Below, piece by piece: positions 1 through 9,977 of a stretch of DNA of 64,000 nt. The translations under genes were made by a program, and so were the position numbers. This DNA is from Nitrososphaerales archaeon (GTDB lineage Archaea > Thermoproteota > Nitrososphaeria > Nitrososphaerales > UBA213). The notes beneath the pieces are model-generated. The model saw nothing but the letters and a program-made list of their open reading frames with translations, ran no database searches and was not told the origin of the DNA. The stretch's first letter is position 1. Every line of letters starts with the position of its first letter. The stretch lies in contig CBDAOC010000019.1 of NCBI GenBank assembly GCA_965197925.1, positions 32,001 through 96,000 on the forward strand, written 5' to 3'.

Positions 1-551
1 CGGAGAGTGATGTGCAATACAGATCGTATTCCACTTTAGGATTAAGGGAAGATACTGACTTTTTGCTTCTTATGATCTCCGATGTTCTTGACAGCACCCA
101 AGAGCTGACATCGAAATTGTATCATACAATCTTCGGTAAATACATGAATCCTGCTTTTAATTATCTATCACTAACCAGACCTTCAACTTATGCCCAAGCT
201 TCTATCCCTGAGTTTATGAAGAGTCAACAATCCTTGAACTATCTAATAGTTTATCCTTTTGTGAAGGACAGAGAATGGTATTTGCTCCCATTTGAAGAGC
301 GCAAAAAGATGATGAATGAACATATAACCATAGGTAGAAAGTTTCCCCAAGTAAAACTTAACACAACATATTCGTTTGGCCTAGATGATCAGGACTTTAT
401 GCTTGCGTTTGAAACGGAAGATTTATCAGCATTTCAAGATCTCATAATGCAGCTGAGGGAGACGCAAGTAAGTAAATATATTGTAAAGGATACGCCAATG
501 ATAGTCTGTGTCCGGAAGGATTTAGAGGAGCTGATAAGGAGTTTAGGTTGA
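1..551 (+). CDS. Chlorite dismutase-like / coproheme decarboxylase (HemQ/ChdC) family protein, 5'-truncated by window edge
   Basis: Motifs YSTLGLREDTDFLL, YPFVKDREWYLLP..ER..MMNEH..IG, TTYSFGLDDQDF; clusters with haem-pathway genes. Confidence 0.8.
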   Translation, partial: ESDVQYRSYSTLGLREDTDFLLLMISDVLDSTQELTSKLYHTIFGKYMNPAFNYLSLTRPSTYAQASIPEFMKSQQSLNYLIVYPFVKDREWYLLPFEERKKMMNEHITIGRKFPQVKLNTTYSFGLDDQDFMLAFETEDLSAFQDLIMQLRETQVSKYIVKDTPMIVCVRKDLEELIRSLG

Positions 552-552
552 C

Positions 553-1110
553 ATGCAACTTGTCAAAGAATGGCAAGCGTTGAAGGAATGGGCTGTAGTT
601 GTGAGAGCATTGGAGGAGGGCGAACAGTGTATATTATTCAGGAAGGGTGGTATACTCGACCCTGATTTCTTGATTGAAAGTTCGGAATTTCTACTTTTTC
701 CAACATTTGAGCATCAGACCAAGGAATATCTAAAGGATCATTATAAGAACAAATTTGATGAACTGTTATCAGAAAAAAGTACGAATAAGGTTATCATCAC
801 CTCTGCTGCGAAAGTTGTTACCGCATGGGAAACGAATGATAAAGAGACCATCCATGAACTAGGGAAGTATCATGTTTACAATGATGATTTTATTGACTAT
901 AGGATGCAGTGGAATCAGGATAAACCTATTTGTATATTATTTGTACGTAATTATCCCTTGGCTGATCCTCTCAAGAAAGATATTTTACCTGAATATGCTG
1001 GCTGCCGATCATGGATCAAGATGCATGCTTCAGCAAGTTTTGGTAATCCGGTATTGAGCGATAAAGAATTTAATGAAATCAAAATGGTATTAGAGGAGAT
1101 TCTATCTTGA
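553..1110 (+). CDS. DUF1802 family protein
   Basis: ALKEWAVVV.AL..G.Q.ILFRKGGI..., FLLFPTFEHQ, YAGCRSW motifs. Confidence 0.8.
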   Translation: MQLVKEWQALKEWAVVVRALEEGEQCILFRKGGILDPDFLIESSEFLLFPTFEHQTKEYLKDHYKNKFDELLSEKSTNKVIITSAAKVVTAWETNDKETIHELGKYHVYNDDFIDYRMQWNQDKPICILFVRNYPLADPLKKDILPEYAGCRSWIKMHASASFGNPVLSDKEFNEIKMVLEEILS

Positions 1111-2093
1111 AGTATAGAAAACTTGGGAAGAGCGACTTAAGGGTATCAGAGATAGGTTTCGGTGCATGGGTTTTTGGATTGGATTGGTGGGGCAAGAAGA
1201 TTGATGACGAAGAAGGTATGAAAATGCTAAGGAGAGCCTATGATCTTGGGATCACATTTTACGACACTGCTGATATTTATGGTAGGGGAAAAAGTGAGAA
1301 AATTATTGCCAAAGCATTCAAGGGTATGCGAAACGAGGTGGTGTTATCAACAAAATTTGGATATGATATTTATGGTGATATTGAACAGGTAGGTCATAAG
1401 GAATTACCACAAAAATTCACAACAGAATTTACAAAATATGCACTGGACAAGAGTTTAAGCAGATTGGATGCAGATTATGTAGACCTGTATAGTATGCATA
1501 ACCCAAAAATGGAACATATACAAAGCGATATTGTGTTCAAAACCCTTGATGAATTAAGGTTGGAGGGAAAGATCAAGCATTATGGAATTGCTTTGGGGCC
1601 AGCTATTGGTTGGAAGGATGAGGGGATACTTGCCATGCGGGGGAGAAATATTACGGCGTTACAGACGGTTTACAATATTCTTGAGCAGGATCCAGCTAAG
1701 GACTTTTTTTCCATTGCAAGAGAGAAGGATGTGGGTGTAATGGTAAGGGTTCCTGATGCTTCTGGTGTTTTAACGGGGAAGGTCGATACTAAAACAGTAT
1801 TAAACAAGGATGATCATAGAAGTCATAGGAAGCAAGAATGGATTGTTGAAGCTATGAAGAAGGTAGGAAACCTTAGACCGTTTGCAGAATCAAAGGGATG
1901 GAATATTATTGAATTGGCTATCAAGTTCATACTTAGCGAAAAAGCGATATCTGTGATTTTACCCACGGCCACTAGTGTGGAAGAAGTTGAGATGTTTGCT
2001 AGTATTTCAGATAGCAAATACCTGAATGGACAAGAGTATGAACAAGTTAAGGAAATGTATAACAATAACTTTTCCGTTCATGGATCAAGTTAG
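1107..2093 (+). CDS. Aldo/keto reductase
   Basis: MKYRKLGKSDLRVSEIGFGAW, FYDTADIYG.GKSE, STKFG, DYVDLY.MH. Confidence 0.9.
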   Translation: MKYRKLGKSDLRVSEIGFGAWVFGLDWWGKKIDDEEGMKMLRRAYDLGITFYDTADIYGRGKSEKIIAKAFKGMRNEVVLSTKFGYDIYGDIEQVGHKELPQKFTTEFTKYALDKSLSRLDADYVDLYSMHNPKMEHIQSDIVFKTLDELRLEGKIKHYGIALGPAIGWKDEGILAMRGRNITALQTVYNILEQDPAKDFFSIAREKDVGVMVRVPDASGVLTGKVDTKTVLNKDDHRSHRKQEWIVEAMKKVGNLRPFAESKGWNIIELAIKFILSEKAISVILPTATSVEEVEMFASISDSKYLNGQEYEQVKEMYNNNFSVHGSS

Positions 2094-3124
2094 TTCTGTA
2101 CATTTATCTGCTCGTAGGTTTCTTCAAAGTATTTAACGCGTTCCTTCTTGAACTCCTTTGAACTAAAAAGTATTGTATATTCCACAATTCCAGTGTGTTT
2201 CGACATTTCCCTACCGATCTTCTCACAAGTTTCCTTTGTTCTTGCGTGGACCATACTGAAGAGGTTGTATGGCCAATCCTCATACACTGGCCTCTGATAA
2301 CAATGACTTACCTGTGGAAACTCAGCTAGTTTCATACCGATTTCATCGATTCTTTCTTCAGGAACCTTCCAAACGATCATTCCATTGGCAACAAAGCCAG
2401 CATCTCTATGACGCAATATTGCCGCAAATCTCCTCATAACTCCACTACTTTCATACTCTTTGGCTTTTCTAAATAACTGATTAACATCTATTCCTAAACG
2501 TTTAGCAGGCTCATTGAATGGTTCAGCAATTATCTGTACATCCTTCTGCAACTCCCTAACGAAATCCTTATCACTTTCAGTAGCCTTGAATGGAATATTA
2601 TCAACATGCTTTGGTTTATCAGTTGGTTTAGGCCTTTCCTGATCATCATTGAGCATATCTAACTTCACTCCTATCTTGTAAAGTCTCAATGTAGGCAAGA
2701 GTCTGTATTTTAGAACTCCATTAAGCTTGGAGAATTTTGTCAGAACACGCCGTATGCTTCCATTAGGAGGAACAGCAATGGTGAACCAAAGGTTATATTC
2801 GTGCTCCCGCTCGTAGTTATGACTAACGCCTGAGTATTCGTTTATCACAATAGCAACCTCTTCAAGTTTTTCCGGTTTTATTCTCATAGCAACCAATGCA
2901 CTCTTGTAGCCTAATCTTCTAGTATCAAATATGGCATTTATCTCCCGTATGACACCTGCGTCCTTTATTGTCTCAATCCTTTTCATCGTCTCTTGTTCGC
3001 TTATATTCAGTATCCCACCAATTTCTGCAAATGGTCTACGTGTAAGAGGAAAATCCCACTGTATCAGGTTTAAAATCGCTTTATCGGTGGTATCTAAATT
3101 TACCATGATGTCTTGCAACTCCAT
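2090..3124 (-). CDS. Siroheme decarboxylase AhbA/AhbB (NirDL/GH-like) fusion, Lrp/AsnC fold x2
   Basis: Two repeats: IQWDFPL..RPF...VSHNYER and LQKD....EPF...VSHCYQRP..WPYNLFSMVH. Confidence 0.85.
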   Translation of the reverse strand: MELQDIMVNLDTTDKAILNLIQWDFPLTRRPFAEIGGILNISEQETMKRIETIKDAGVIREINAIFDTRRLGYKSALVAMRIKPEKLEEVAIVINEYSGVSHNYEREHEYNLWFTIAVPPNGSIRRVLTKFSKLNGVLKYRLLPTLRLYKIGVKLDMLNDDQERPKPTDKPKHVDNIPFKATESDKDFVRELQKDVQIIAEPFNEPAKRLGIDVNQLFRKAKEYESSGVMRRFAAILRHRDAGFVANGMIVWKVPEERIDEIGMKLAEFPQVSHCYQRPVYEDWPYNLFSMVHARTKETCEKIGREMSKHTGIVEYTILFSSKEFKKERVKYFEETYEQINVQN

Positions 3125-3310
3125 AATGTAGGTTAAAACCTTAACTAAATAGTTATAGAAACTAAAAATTAATGTAATCTATGAATACCTAAATAGCTCA
3201 AAAATGGTCAGTATCTCTTTATCGTATTCTTATTATTCTATTCTGGCACCTAATGTTTTGATTTTATTTTGGGAGATGATGTATGGTCATTGGGGTAAGT
3301 AACGGTATAA

Positions 3311-3515
3311 GGTAAAGGTAAGTGAGGTAATACCTAGTTGTGGTAATGGTATAGTATAGGGTACCTATACTTATGGTAAAGGTAAGTGAGGTAATACCTA
3401 GTTGTGGTAATGGTATAGTATAGGGTACCTATACTTATGGTAAAGGTAAGTGAGGTAATACCTAGTTGTGGTAATGGTATAGTATAGGGTACCTATACTT
3501 ATGGTAAAGGTAAGT
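3311..3515. repeat. 64-bp perfect tandem repeat, 3 full copies plus partial, each with an 8-bp stem hairpin
   Basis: Unit GGTAAAGGTAAGTGAGGTAATACCTAGTTGTGGTAATGGTATAGTATAGGGTACCTATACTTAT starts at 3311, 3375, 3439 and partially at 3503. Confidence 0.95.
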
Positions 3516-3918
3516 AAGGTATGTATAGTCAGTAGCTGGTCCGTCCAAATGTTAGTATTACCTAATATATGTCATTAACCTAAAACCAAGAAGGAAAAGA
3601 TAAGGAGTATTACTTCGTGAATGTGAACAGACCTACCAGGAGATTGTAGAAGCGAATATCACTCAGGCACATGTCCTTAAGATTAAATCTACAATGTGTT
3701 CGGGGTTTATCCAAAAGGGATACACAATAGATAGGAATGAAGGTAGCATTATGGAGTACGAATTATTAACAAAAACTTCATATCAACATATGGAGTAAAT
3801 GATCTAAGAATAGGAAAAATAACTATGGAGATAATAACAAAGAAAATATATTCAAAAAATACAGCTTAGATATTTTAAAATAGCAATAGTTTGACTAGTA
3901 TGATATTGGCAGTTATTT

Positions 3919-4220
3919 GAGGCTTAGGCGTAATTGAGTAGCTCGAAACTATAAGATTAGGTTCTAGTTTTTATTATTGATATGTTTAATTCAGACTTTA
4001 TACCTCTTCGTATATTATTTTTAATTAATGTGATTCCTTGGTCAAAAAAATAGGAAAAGAGCCAGACCATTCTACTATTCACCAACAGTAATGTTAAGAT
4101 GCTCCATCGTAAGTGTAAGGTTAAGACTTCCTAGCACCAACGTATTACATCAATATTTTTCGTTAGACATTGCATACAGCAGGAGAGTTATGAAATCATG
4201 TGGTCTTGATAAGTTGCCAA
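3919..4220 (+). mobile_element. Degenerate left-end remnant of IS family B
   Basis: TIR-like GAGGCTTAGGCGTAATT at 3919; decayed RPFYYSPTVM...YFSLD..Y.RRVMKSCGLDKLP coding matches copies at 25.5-29.0 kb. Confidence 0.7.
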
Positions 4221-4512
4221 AAATTAAATGAGAGAAAAGCGAGCTTCTATATGGAACTTCAAATTGAGCTAATGGTAAATGAAGTCGTTCCAGAATTGCA
4301 GGCAGAATATTAAAACCTTCAAGGGCTAAGTGCTCCACTGCCAAATTTTCTTCGGAATTGATATCTTTACATGCTACTGAGATATGTTCCTTTACTATTG
4401 CCATAGAACCCTGTCATGCGAAAATAATTTGTTGTTTGCCAAATAGTGTTTAGATGGTGCTTACAATTTGCAATATTGCAAATCTCCATGTATTCAGATA
4501 AATTTCCACTAA

Positions 4513-4993
4513 GAGCCTATCCGAAAATCCTATTCCATAGATTGTACGCTGCTCTTATACCAGCAATAATTAAATCGGAATGATAGAAAATAAATATATA
4601 CATCTCTTCCTGGGTGTGATTTTATCAATTTTGTAGAAAGCGCACGCTATAGTAATTCCAAAATCATATGAGCTTACCAGTGAATTGCTCTGTATACTAC
4701 TAGACAGTTAGCAAATTCTACTAGCGCCTGATAATTTTCCTCTTTCTTCTCGAATCTTACCAATAACTCTCTGAACCTGTTATACCAAGATGCGGTTCTC
4801 TAAACAACCCATCGCTTTGCTTTGTACAAATTCTTTTTCAACACTTCATCCTTATGACGAATGTGATCCACATATCCTCTCTCCGTACTCCATACTCTAT
4901 CTCTGGAAAATCATGTCCCTTGTCCATGCATGTGTTCTGTTTAACTTGGTCTATCAGCAATATTGCTATCTAATGTAGGAAAGGCTGATTTCA
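4513..4993 (-). mobile_element. Diverged right-half remnant of IS family A (IS5 family)
   Basis: TIR-like GAGCCTATCCGAAAAT at 4513; reverse strand encodes CMDKGHDFPEIEYG...RTASWYNRFRELLVRFEK. Confidence 0.75.
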
Positions 4994-5216
4994 ATGTTTG
5001 TTTCAGTTCAGGAAATGTTTGCATTATTGGACATATGATCTTTGGAATGCAGTATTTCAGCTCTAATTTCTGGTCTTTTTTTATTCTTCGTAATGACTTG
5101 AGGACTATATCCTTGAAATATTTATTAGGACTTTTTACATCTATACCGCTTAGGAGAACTTCAACTTTAGCTTCTTCAGCGGTCCACGTTAATTGTGATC
5201 GGAATCGGCTTGGCAT
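4941..5216 (-). CDS. Hypothetical protein directly downstream of the integrase; C-terminus derives from the IS remnant
   Basis: ATG 4 nt after the integrase stop; last ~17 codons (KSAFPTLDSNIADRP) are IS family A sequence. Confidence 0.4.
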   Translation of the reverse strand: MPSRFRSQLTWTAEEAKVEVLLSGIDVKSPNKYFKDIVLKSLRRIKKDQKLELKYCIPKIICPIMQTFPELKQTLKSAFPTLDSNIADRPS

Positions 5217-5220
5217 CCAT

Positions 5221-6621
5221 TCACTCCCTCAAATGTGGTGCGAAACCGTTATGGTAATATCCTATAGCACACCGCATGCTGCAAAAGTAGTCATAATTCT
5301 CGTCTTTGATTTCTGGCGGGTTATGATAGTAGCAAACGTCCTGCATGAGTATGGCCTCTGCAGTTGTGCGTGCGTACACCTTTAGCAGTGTGTTGACGTC
5401 ATCCCATCCCATTGATGCTACGAGGGTTGCGTTGCTTGCGGTCCTCCGCATCGCTGCATGCGCCCCGCTATGCCTTAACACGTATACGGGCTTGTTTGCC
5501 CAGTACCATTCATCCGTTCCTTTGGGATAACTCCACTTCTGGTGCATGCCATTGTGTTCGTCGTAATGCGCCCTGTCAATTTTGCCCAGGGATGCATAAT
5601 AATCACTTAATGCTGATGCAAGCTCGCTCTCCAATGCGACGACGCGGGCATTGTTACCGACATAGCTGCTACAGAATGTTGCACCGTGCTTCACACGCTT
5701 GATTATTTCAATCACCTTGGGATGTATTGCCATCTTGTCGAAAGCACGGTCCGTTTTGGATTCATATAACGGCATGATTGCGTACTCACCATGAACGCCC
5801 TTGGCATCGATTGGCTTGATCTCAAATTTGTTCACCATCGTGATTCCCGTCTTGGTCCTGGGAAAGACCTCGTGTAGCACGGCAAACAATTCCTCAAAAC
5901 CATAACCATGCATGAACTTAAGCCCCTGTTCAAACTCCCTGTCCGTAAGCTTCACATTGGCATATGCACCAAAACGCTTCTTCTTGCCTGACATGATGCC
6001 CGTGATGCCACGTGGAATGGCAATGCCATTCCTGATCATGAAATTACGGGTTGATGATGTGTAACGGGTTATCTCCCTGACACTGAAATCGATATTATTG
6101 AGTTGATGTGCGTATCTTACTTCACCTGCCTTGAACTTTCTTTCAAACTCCTTTAGCAAGGCAACGCTTGTGTCAATGTCCTGCAGGAATGCGTCCGGGT
6201 GAACATTCAGCGTATTGCATACGACGTTCAGGCCTTGTATCATATGATTAACCGATACCGCTGGCTGCCCATTCTTTCCAGCGGTCATCAAGTCGTTGAA
6301 CCATTTCTTGACTGATGGAATCTGTAAGAATTGAGACTTTGCCATTTCTGCATATTGTACCTGCTTCTTGTCCTGTTCTGACCTAAGTAGACGACCAGTT
6401 GTAGGATCTTTTTGTAGTTTGCCAGCCTTGACTAATTTACTCCATTCCAGCCACACCCATTGCTCTGAACGATTCATGAGGGAGGCAATTTCACTCCTGC
6501 TCTTTGATGAAATGCCTTTGGACTTGTTGCCGACTGTGTGTTCATATACCATCTGGGTTAGTTGCTGTCGATCTTCCTCGCCACCTGCACGGTTCTTCTG
6601 CCAGGAGAATCTAGTCCTCAT
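5221..6621 (-). CDS. Tyrosine recombinase/integrase with Cys/His-rich C-terminal tail
   Basis: Catalytic-type motifs FPRTKTG, VYVLRHSGA, SMGW and LKVY; likely start MRTRF at 6621 after GGTGAGGTGG (ORF track start 6660). Confidence 0.85.
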   Translation of the reverse strand: MRTRFSWQKNRAGGEEDRQQLTQMVYEHTVGNKSKGISSKSRSEIASLMNRSEQWVWLEWSKLVKAGKLQKDPTTGRLLRSEQDKKQVQYAEMAKSQFLQIPSVKKWFNDLMTAGKNGQPAVSVNHMIQGLNVVCNTLNVHPDAFLQDIDTSVALLKEFERKFKAGEVRYAHQLNNIDFSVREITRYTSSTRNFMIRNGIAIPRGITGIMSGKKKRFGAYANVKLTDREFEQGLKFMHGYGFEELFAVLHEVFPRTKTGITMVNKFEIKPIDAKGVHGEYAIMPLYESKTDRAFDKMAIHPKVIEIIKRVKHGATFCSSYVGNNARVVALESELASALSDYYASLGKIDRAHYDEHNGMHQKWSYPKGTDEWYWANKPVYVLRHSGAHAAMRRTASNATLVASMGWDDVNTLLKVYARTTAEAILMQDVCYYHNPPEIKDENYDYFCSMRCAIGYYHNGFAPHLRE

Positions 6622-6760
6622 CCACCTCACCTTGCCAGCATTCCATGCACAAAAAATCATTATTGGTTGGACTCGAACAATCGCACTTCTCTATCGTACT
6701 ACGAAAACAACATAAAGTGCATCTTATCTCATGTTCGTGTATTGGTGTACAGGTGGTCAT
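6611..6760 (-). CDS. 49-aa zinc-finger microprotein (not in ORF track)
   Basis: MTTCTPIHEHEIRCTLCCFRSTIEKCDCSSPTNNDFLCMECWQGEVDED; two CxxC; GAGGTGG upstream; stop overlaps the integrase start. Confidence 0.65.
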   Translation of the reverse strand: MTTCTPIHEHEIRCTLCCFRSTIEKCDCSSPTNNDFLCMECWQGEVDED

Positions 6761-6782
6761 GCTTCCACCTCGGTTTTATGGT

Positions 6783-6944
6783 TCATTTTTTGGTCTCCAA
6801 TTTCTCAATAAATTCTCTTATTGCTAAATCAAGAAATTGAGCGGAATTGGTGATGCTTGGGTCAGCCTTCTTTTCGATTAACTCTTTGATTTTATCGGCT
6901 AAACTATTTCTGATCTGTGTTGAAACCCAATTACGATTTGCCAT
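6783..6944 (-). CDS. 53-aa ribbon-helix-helix-like regulator (not in ORF track)
   Basis: MANRNWVSTQIRNSLADKIKELIEKKADPSITNSAQFLDLAIREFIEKLETKK; aligns with the N-terminus of divergent ORF 7065..7460. Confidence 0.75.
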   Translation of the reverse strand: MANRNWVSTQIRNSLADKIKELIEKKADPSITNSAQFLDLAIREFIEKLETKK

Positions 6945-6997
6945 GTTGTATATATACAACACAACTTATTATTAAATGTTGGTGTATATATACGACA
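6944..6997. promoter_or_regulatory. Two palindromic operator-like sites between the divergent RHH genes
   Basis: TGTTGTATATATACAACA (6944-6961, perfect 18-bp palindrome) and TGGTGTATATATACGACA (6980-6997, 16/18 identical). Confidence 0.75.
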
Positions 6998-7064
6998 TAT
7001 AATTAACTCATTTGGATAAAAATTTTAACATAAGTTTTATTAAAATATCTGATAATAATACAAT

Positions 7065-7460
7065 ATGGTAGGAAAAAACAAAGGGATCTGGGTGTCTACA
7101 AATATTCGAGTAGCATTAATAAATGAAGTTAAGAAGTTATTACAAACTGATACTGCCAAAAAAGAAGGTTTGACGAATGTTAGTCAATTCATTGATTCTG
7201 CTATACGTGATTTGATAGAAAAAATAGAGTCTGAGCGCCTCAAGCATGTCAACATGTATGATGACCACGTAAAAATCATGGATAACAGGCTTGGTGAATT
7301 GGGTAGGATTGTATCGGTGTACTTTAAAAAAGAAGGTGGTCCATGGTGTGACTATTGTAAAAAGCCAGACTGTATCCACGTCCAATATGCTTGGGAGATT
7401 GCAGATGTGAGGAAGATTTTAGGAAAATATGGATTTAGTCCTCCGCCATCAAGAATCTAA
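7065..7460 (+). CDS. RHH-like repressor with C-terminal CxxC-x4-CxH (SWIM-like) zinc domain
   Basis: WVSTNIRVALINEVKKLL...NVSQFIDSAIRDLIEK; WCDYCKKPDCIHVQYAW. Confidence 0.7.
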   Translation: MVGKNKGIWVSTNIRVALINEVKKLLQTDTAKKEGLTNVSQFIDSAIRDLIEKIESERLKHVNMYDDHVKIMDNRLGELGRIVSVYFKKEGGPWCDYCKKPDCIHVQYAWEIADVRKILGKYGFSPPPSRI

Positions 7461-7471
7461 CTTCTATTGAT

Positions 7472-7880
7472 TCAACTTTTGATGTGTCGGTATCGGATAC
7501 TGTGTAGCGTTGTTATGTTGTGGTAGATATAGTCCAAGATTTCATGTTTGGGAAGGTTCTGCGTCCAGAGGGCAACAAGTTTGATTGGAATATTGTAAGT
7601 GGTTTCCTTGTGTTTTACCGTGACGGAATAGTTGTGATCAGGAAATAAGAGGAATTTTTCAGTTTGGGGTCTGTACTGCTTTACTGCAAGGTTCATGGTG
7701 CTTGCCAGCCACCTGTTATTTTTCTTGTATAGGCTGACATTGCCGAAACAGCATACACACCGATTCCCTGTTATGCCAGCATGATGCCTACAGTTCTCAC
7801 AGAATTTTATTGTTCTGTAGCTATTCCTGAAACTTGATTTGAGTCCCCTACACTTGATCTGAGTCCCCTACACTTGATCT
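7472..7880 (-). pseudogene. Homologue of the 54001..54372 Zn-finger protein with 5' end disrupted
   Basis: Frame upstream of 7696 reads IKCRGLKSSFRNSYRTIKFCENCRHHAGITGNRCVCCFG; a 20-bp tandem duplication (7841-7880) brings an in-frame TAG and no ATG is present. Confidence 0.7.
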
Positions 7881-7886
7881 TGGTAC

Positions 7887-8246
7887 TTATTCCTTCTCGC
7901 CCTTTGGTGCAAACATCTTGTTGATTCCCTTCTTGCCCTTTATGTCATCATACTCATAGCGCACCTTAGTCTGCGTTAGTTCCTTTATCAGGGCGCCATT
8001 GATTGACCTAGTGGCCGTCAGTGCCCTGATGAATATATTATAATAGTCACTTGCAAGGTGCCTTAGTTTCGGTGGTAATGCATTAACCAATAACGGTATG
8101 TGCTCTATCTCAAAAACTGCCATAGGAAGGGCATCTGTACTTATCATTGAAGAGAAAAGTTGTCTCATGGGGTCGGGGTAGTAGCTATCACCTACCCTGT
8201 TGCTGTTGCTTTCCTGTATAAGCTCCATTATCCTGTCGCTAGACAT
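7887..8246 (-). CDS. Conserved element protein (homologue of 53639..53998)
   Basis: 119 aa, near-identical to the element 2 copy. Confidence 0.8.
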   Translation of the reverse strand: MSSDRIMELIQESNSNRVGDSYYPDPMRQLFSSMISTDALPMAVFEIEHIPLLVNALPPKLRHLASDYYNIFIRALTATRSINGALIKELTQTKVRYEYDDIKGKKGINKMFAPKGEKE

Positions 8247-8329
8247 GTCTTGGTTATGAAACGGATGGTTATGACGTTAGTTTTTTACTTGAATAATCAC
8301 TCTGTTAATAGTTAGAGCAACCTACCAGC

Positions 8330-9349
8330 TCATGTCATCGTATCATTCGCAGTCGTCTTTTCCCGTGTCACCTTTACCAAGGTTTCATGTCGTTTTTTCC
8401 TTTCCATAAATAACTCATCATGTATTATTTTCTCGACCTCTTCCCAATCAATTTTACATTTGTGTGCATACCTGTTTATCGTATTGAATACAGAGCGTGT
8501 CCTGCTGTCAATTGCAGTGTTCCGATTCTGATTGAAATATAGATACCACCGTAGGCATGCCCGTACCCTATCCCTGCCATTTTCTGCAAGTAATTTATCC
8601 ACTAGATCTCTTGCGGGCATTTCTTCCGTGTGGAAATCCTTGACGCATTTGTCACATGCATCACGATAGTAGAGTATGCCATGCAGTTTACCAAGTTCGC
8701 TAATCAATGCGATGCGGAATGGGTTGTGTGAGTGATAGGTGTACTTGCCTATATTGAATTTCTTCCGCAGCATCATGGAGCGATATATCCTAGTGAACCT
8801 ATGCAGTTTCATTGAGTTCTTGTACCCAAATAATTTTTGGAAATTATCCATCTCTTCATCTGATATTGAGGTGAGAATCTTGAAATCCGTGTCCCTGAAG
8901 AATTTTTCAAGTGCCTTGCTGTAGTGGATGTTCATGAACACGATAACGGGATTCTTAACCTCATGCCTGATAGTCGTAAGGCCTGACGCCAACTTGTTAC
9001 GCTCAGGTTCAGACATCGCAGCAAAGGTATAACTGGCATCATCAAATTTCAGTATTGATGGTGCCTTCGGCATCTTCTTTATGATGTTGTTGACGTCCAT
9101 CAATTCATCCGCTCCATAATCATAGACTGCAAAGTTCTTCTTTTCGTGTAATAAGTGGGATAACAAGGAGACTATCGTAGTTTTGCCTGAGCCGCTATGT
9201 CCTATCGATAGTATGCCCGTGTAACCGCTTAACGAGTTGTGGTTGAGGATGTTGTTGACTACGGGGTTAGGTGAGTGTTTTTGAAGGATGGGGATGCCTA
9301 GCAGTGTCGTGGTTCTCTCGCTGTAGTGTTTTTGTTGTTGTTCGCTCAT
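8330..9349 (-). CDS. P-loop ATPase, probable FtsK/HerA-superfamily (A32/Zot-like) packaging or morphogenesis ATPase
   Basis: Walker A GHSGSGKT, Walker B ILKFDD, downstream IRH...IVFMNIH...FR pattern; homologue at 41044..42060. Confidence 0.7.
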   Translation of the reverse strand: MSEQQQKHYSERTTTLLGIPILQKHSPNPVVNNILNHNSLSGYTGILSIGHSGSGKTTIVSLLSHLLHEKKNFAVYDYGADELMDVNNIIKKMPKAPSILKFDDASYTFAAMSEPERNKLASGLTTIRHEVKNPVIVFMNIHYSKALEKFFRDTDFKILTSISDEEMDNFQKLFGYKNSMKLHRFTRIYRSMMLRKKFNIGKYTYHSHNPFRIALISELGKLHGILYYRDACDKCVKDFHTEEMPARDLVDKLLAENGRDRVRACLRWYLYFNQNRNTAIDSRTRSVFNTINRYAHKCKIDWEEVEKIIHDELFMERKKRHETLVKVTREKTTANDTMT

Positions 9350-9633
9350 AGTTCCATATCCTTGAATGTGCTCTGTAGGTATTCGCTGATCGTGTCCTCA
9401 AGTTTTGGCAGTGCCTCATTAGCCCACTCCCATTGTGCGGTGCTCATTGACGACGGTCTTGTGTTATCCCTGCTTGGTGGCTTGGGTAGTTTGCATCGTG
9501 ACTGTTTTGGTAGGACGCTGTTCATTGAGTTGATACATAGCATAATATCATATACCTTACCCTGCTGGATAGCGAATACTATACCCTGCCTGTATTGCTG
9601 TAGTGCAGTAGTGAGTATCTGTAGTAAGCCCAT
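9346..9633 (-). CDS. Small element protein translationally coupled to the ATPase
   Basis: 95 aa, one substitution versus 40760..41047; overlaps the ATPase start. Confidence 0.8.
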   Translation of the reverse strand: MGLLQILTTALQQYRQGIVFAIQQGKVYDIMLCINSMNSVLPKQSRCKLPKPPSRDNTRPSSMSTAQWEWANEALPKLEDTISEYLQSTFKDMEL

Positions 9634-9781
9634 GGTATGGGGAGGGGAGTATATGACGTTGAATTTCTAAAACAGTAATAATATACTATATGTATATAGG
9701 GACCTCTGTCCTTCGTATCGCTTACCCCTCCCCGAAAATCATGAATATTATTGACTTAATACTTTACTTTTAGTACATTGT

Positions 9782-9897
9782 TTAACAGAGCCAGAACTGT
9801 TAATATGCCATAATTTAGGTAACACACTTTTACGTAAAGGTGTGTTACCTAGTGTGTACCTTTTTGCGAAAAGTGTGTTACCTAAGTGTGTTACCTA
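9782..9897. repeat. Origin-like iteron and hairpin array of element 1
   Basis: TAGGTAACACAC units (9816 forward; 9840, 9873, 9886 inverted); 36-bp near-perfect palindrome 9816-9851; TTAACAG..CTGTTAA hairpin 9782-9803. Confidence 0.75.
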
Positions 9898-9977
9898 AAT
9901 TGAAAATCGATGCTATTTTATGCCCTATTTTATGGTAAACATAAAATACCGTGCCTGTAAAACTCGATATTAACACT

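Noticed and set aside
3311..3515. CRISPR array
   Set aside because: Units are identical end to end with no unique spacers, and there are no cas genes in the window
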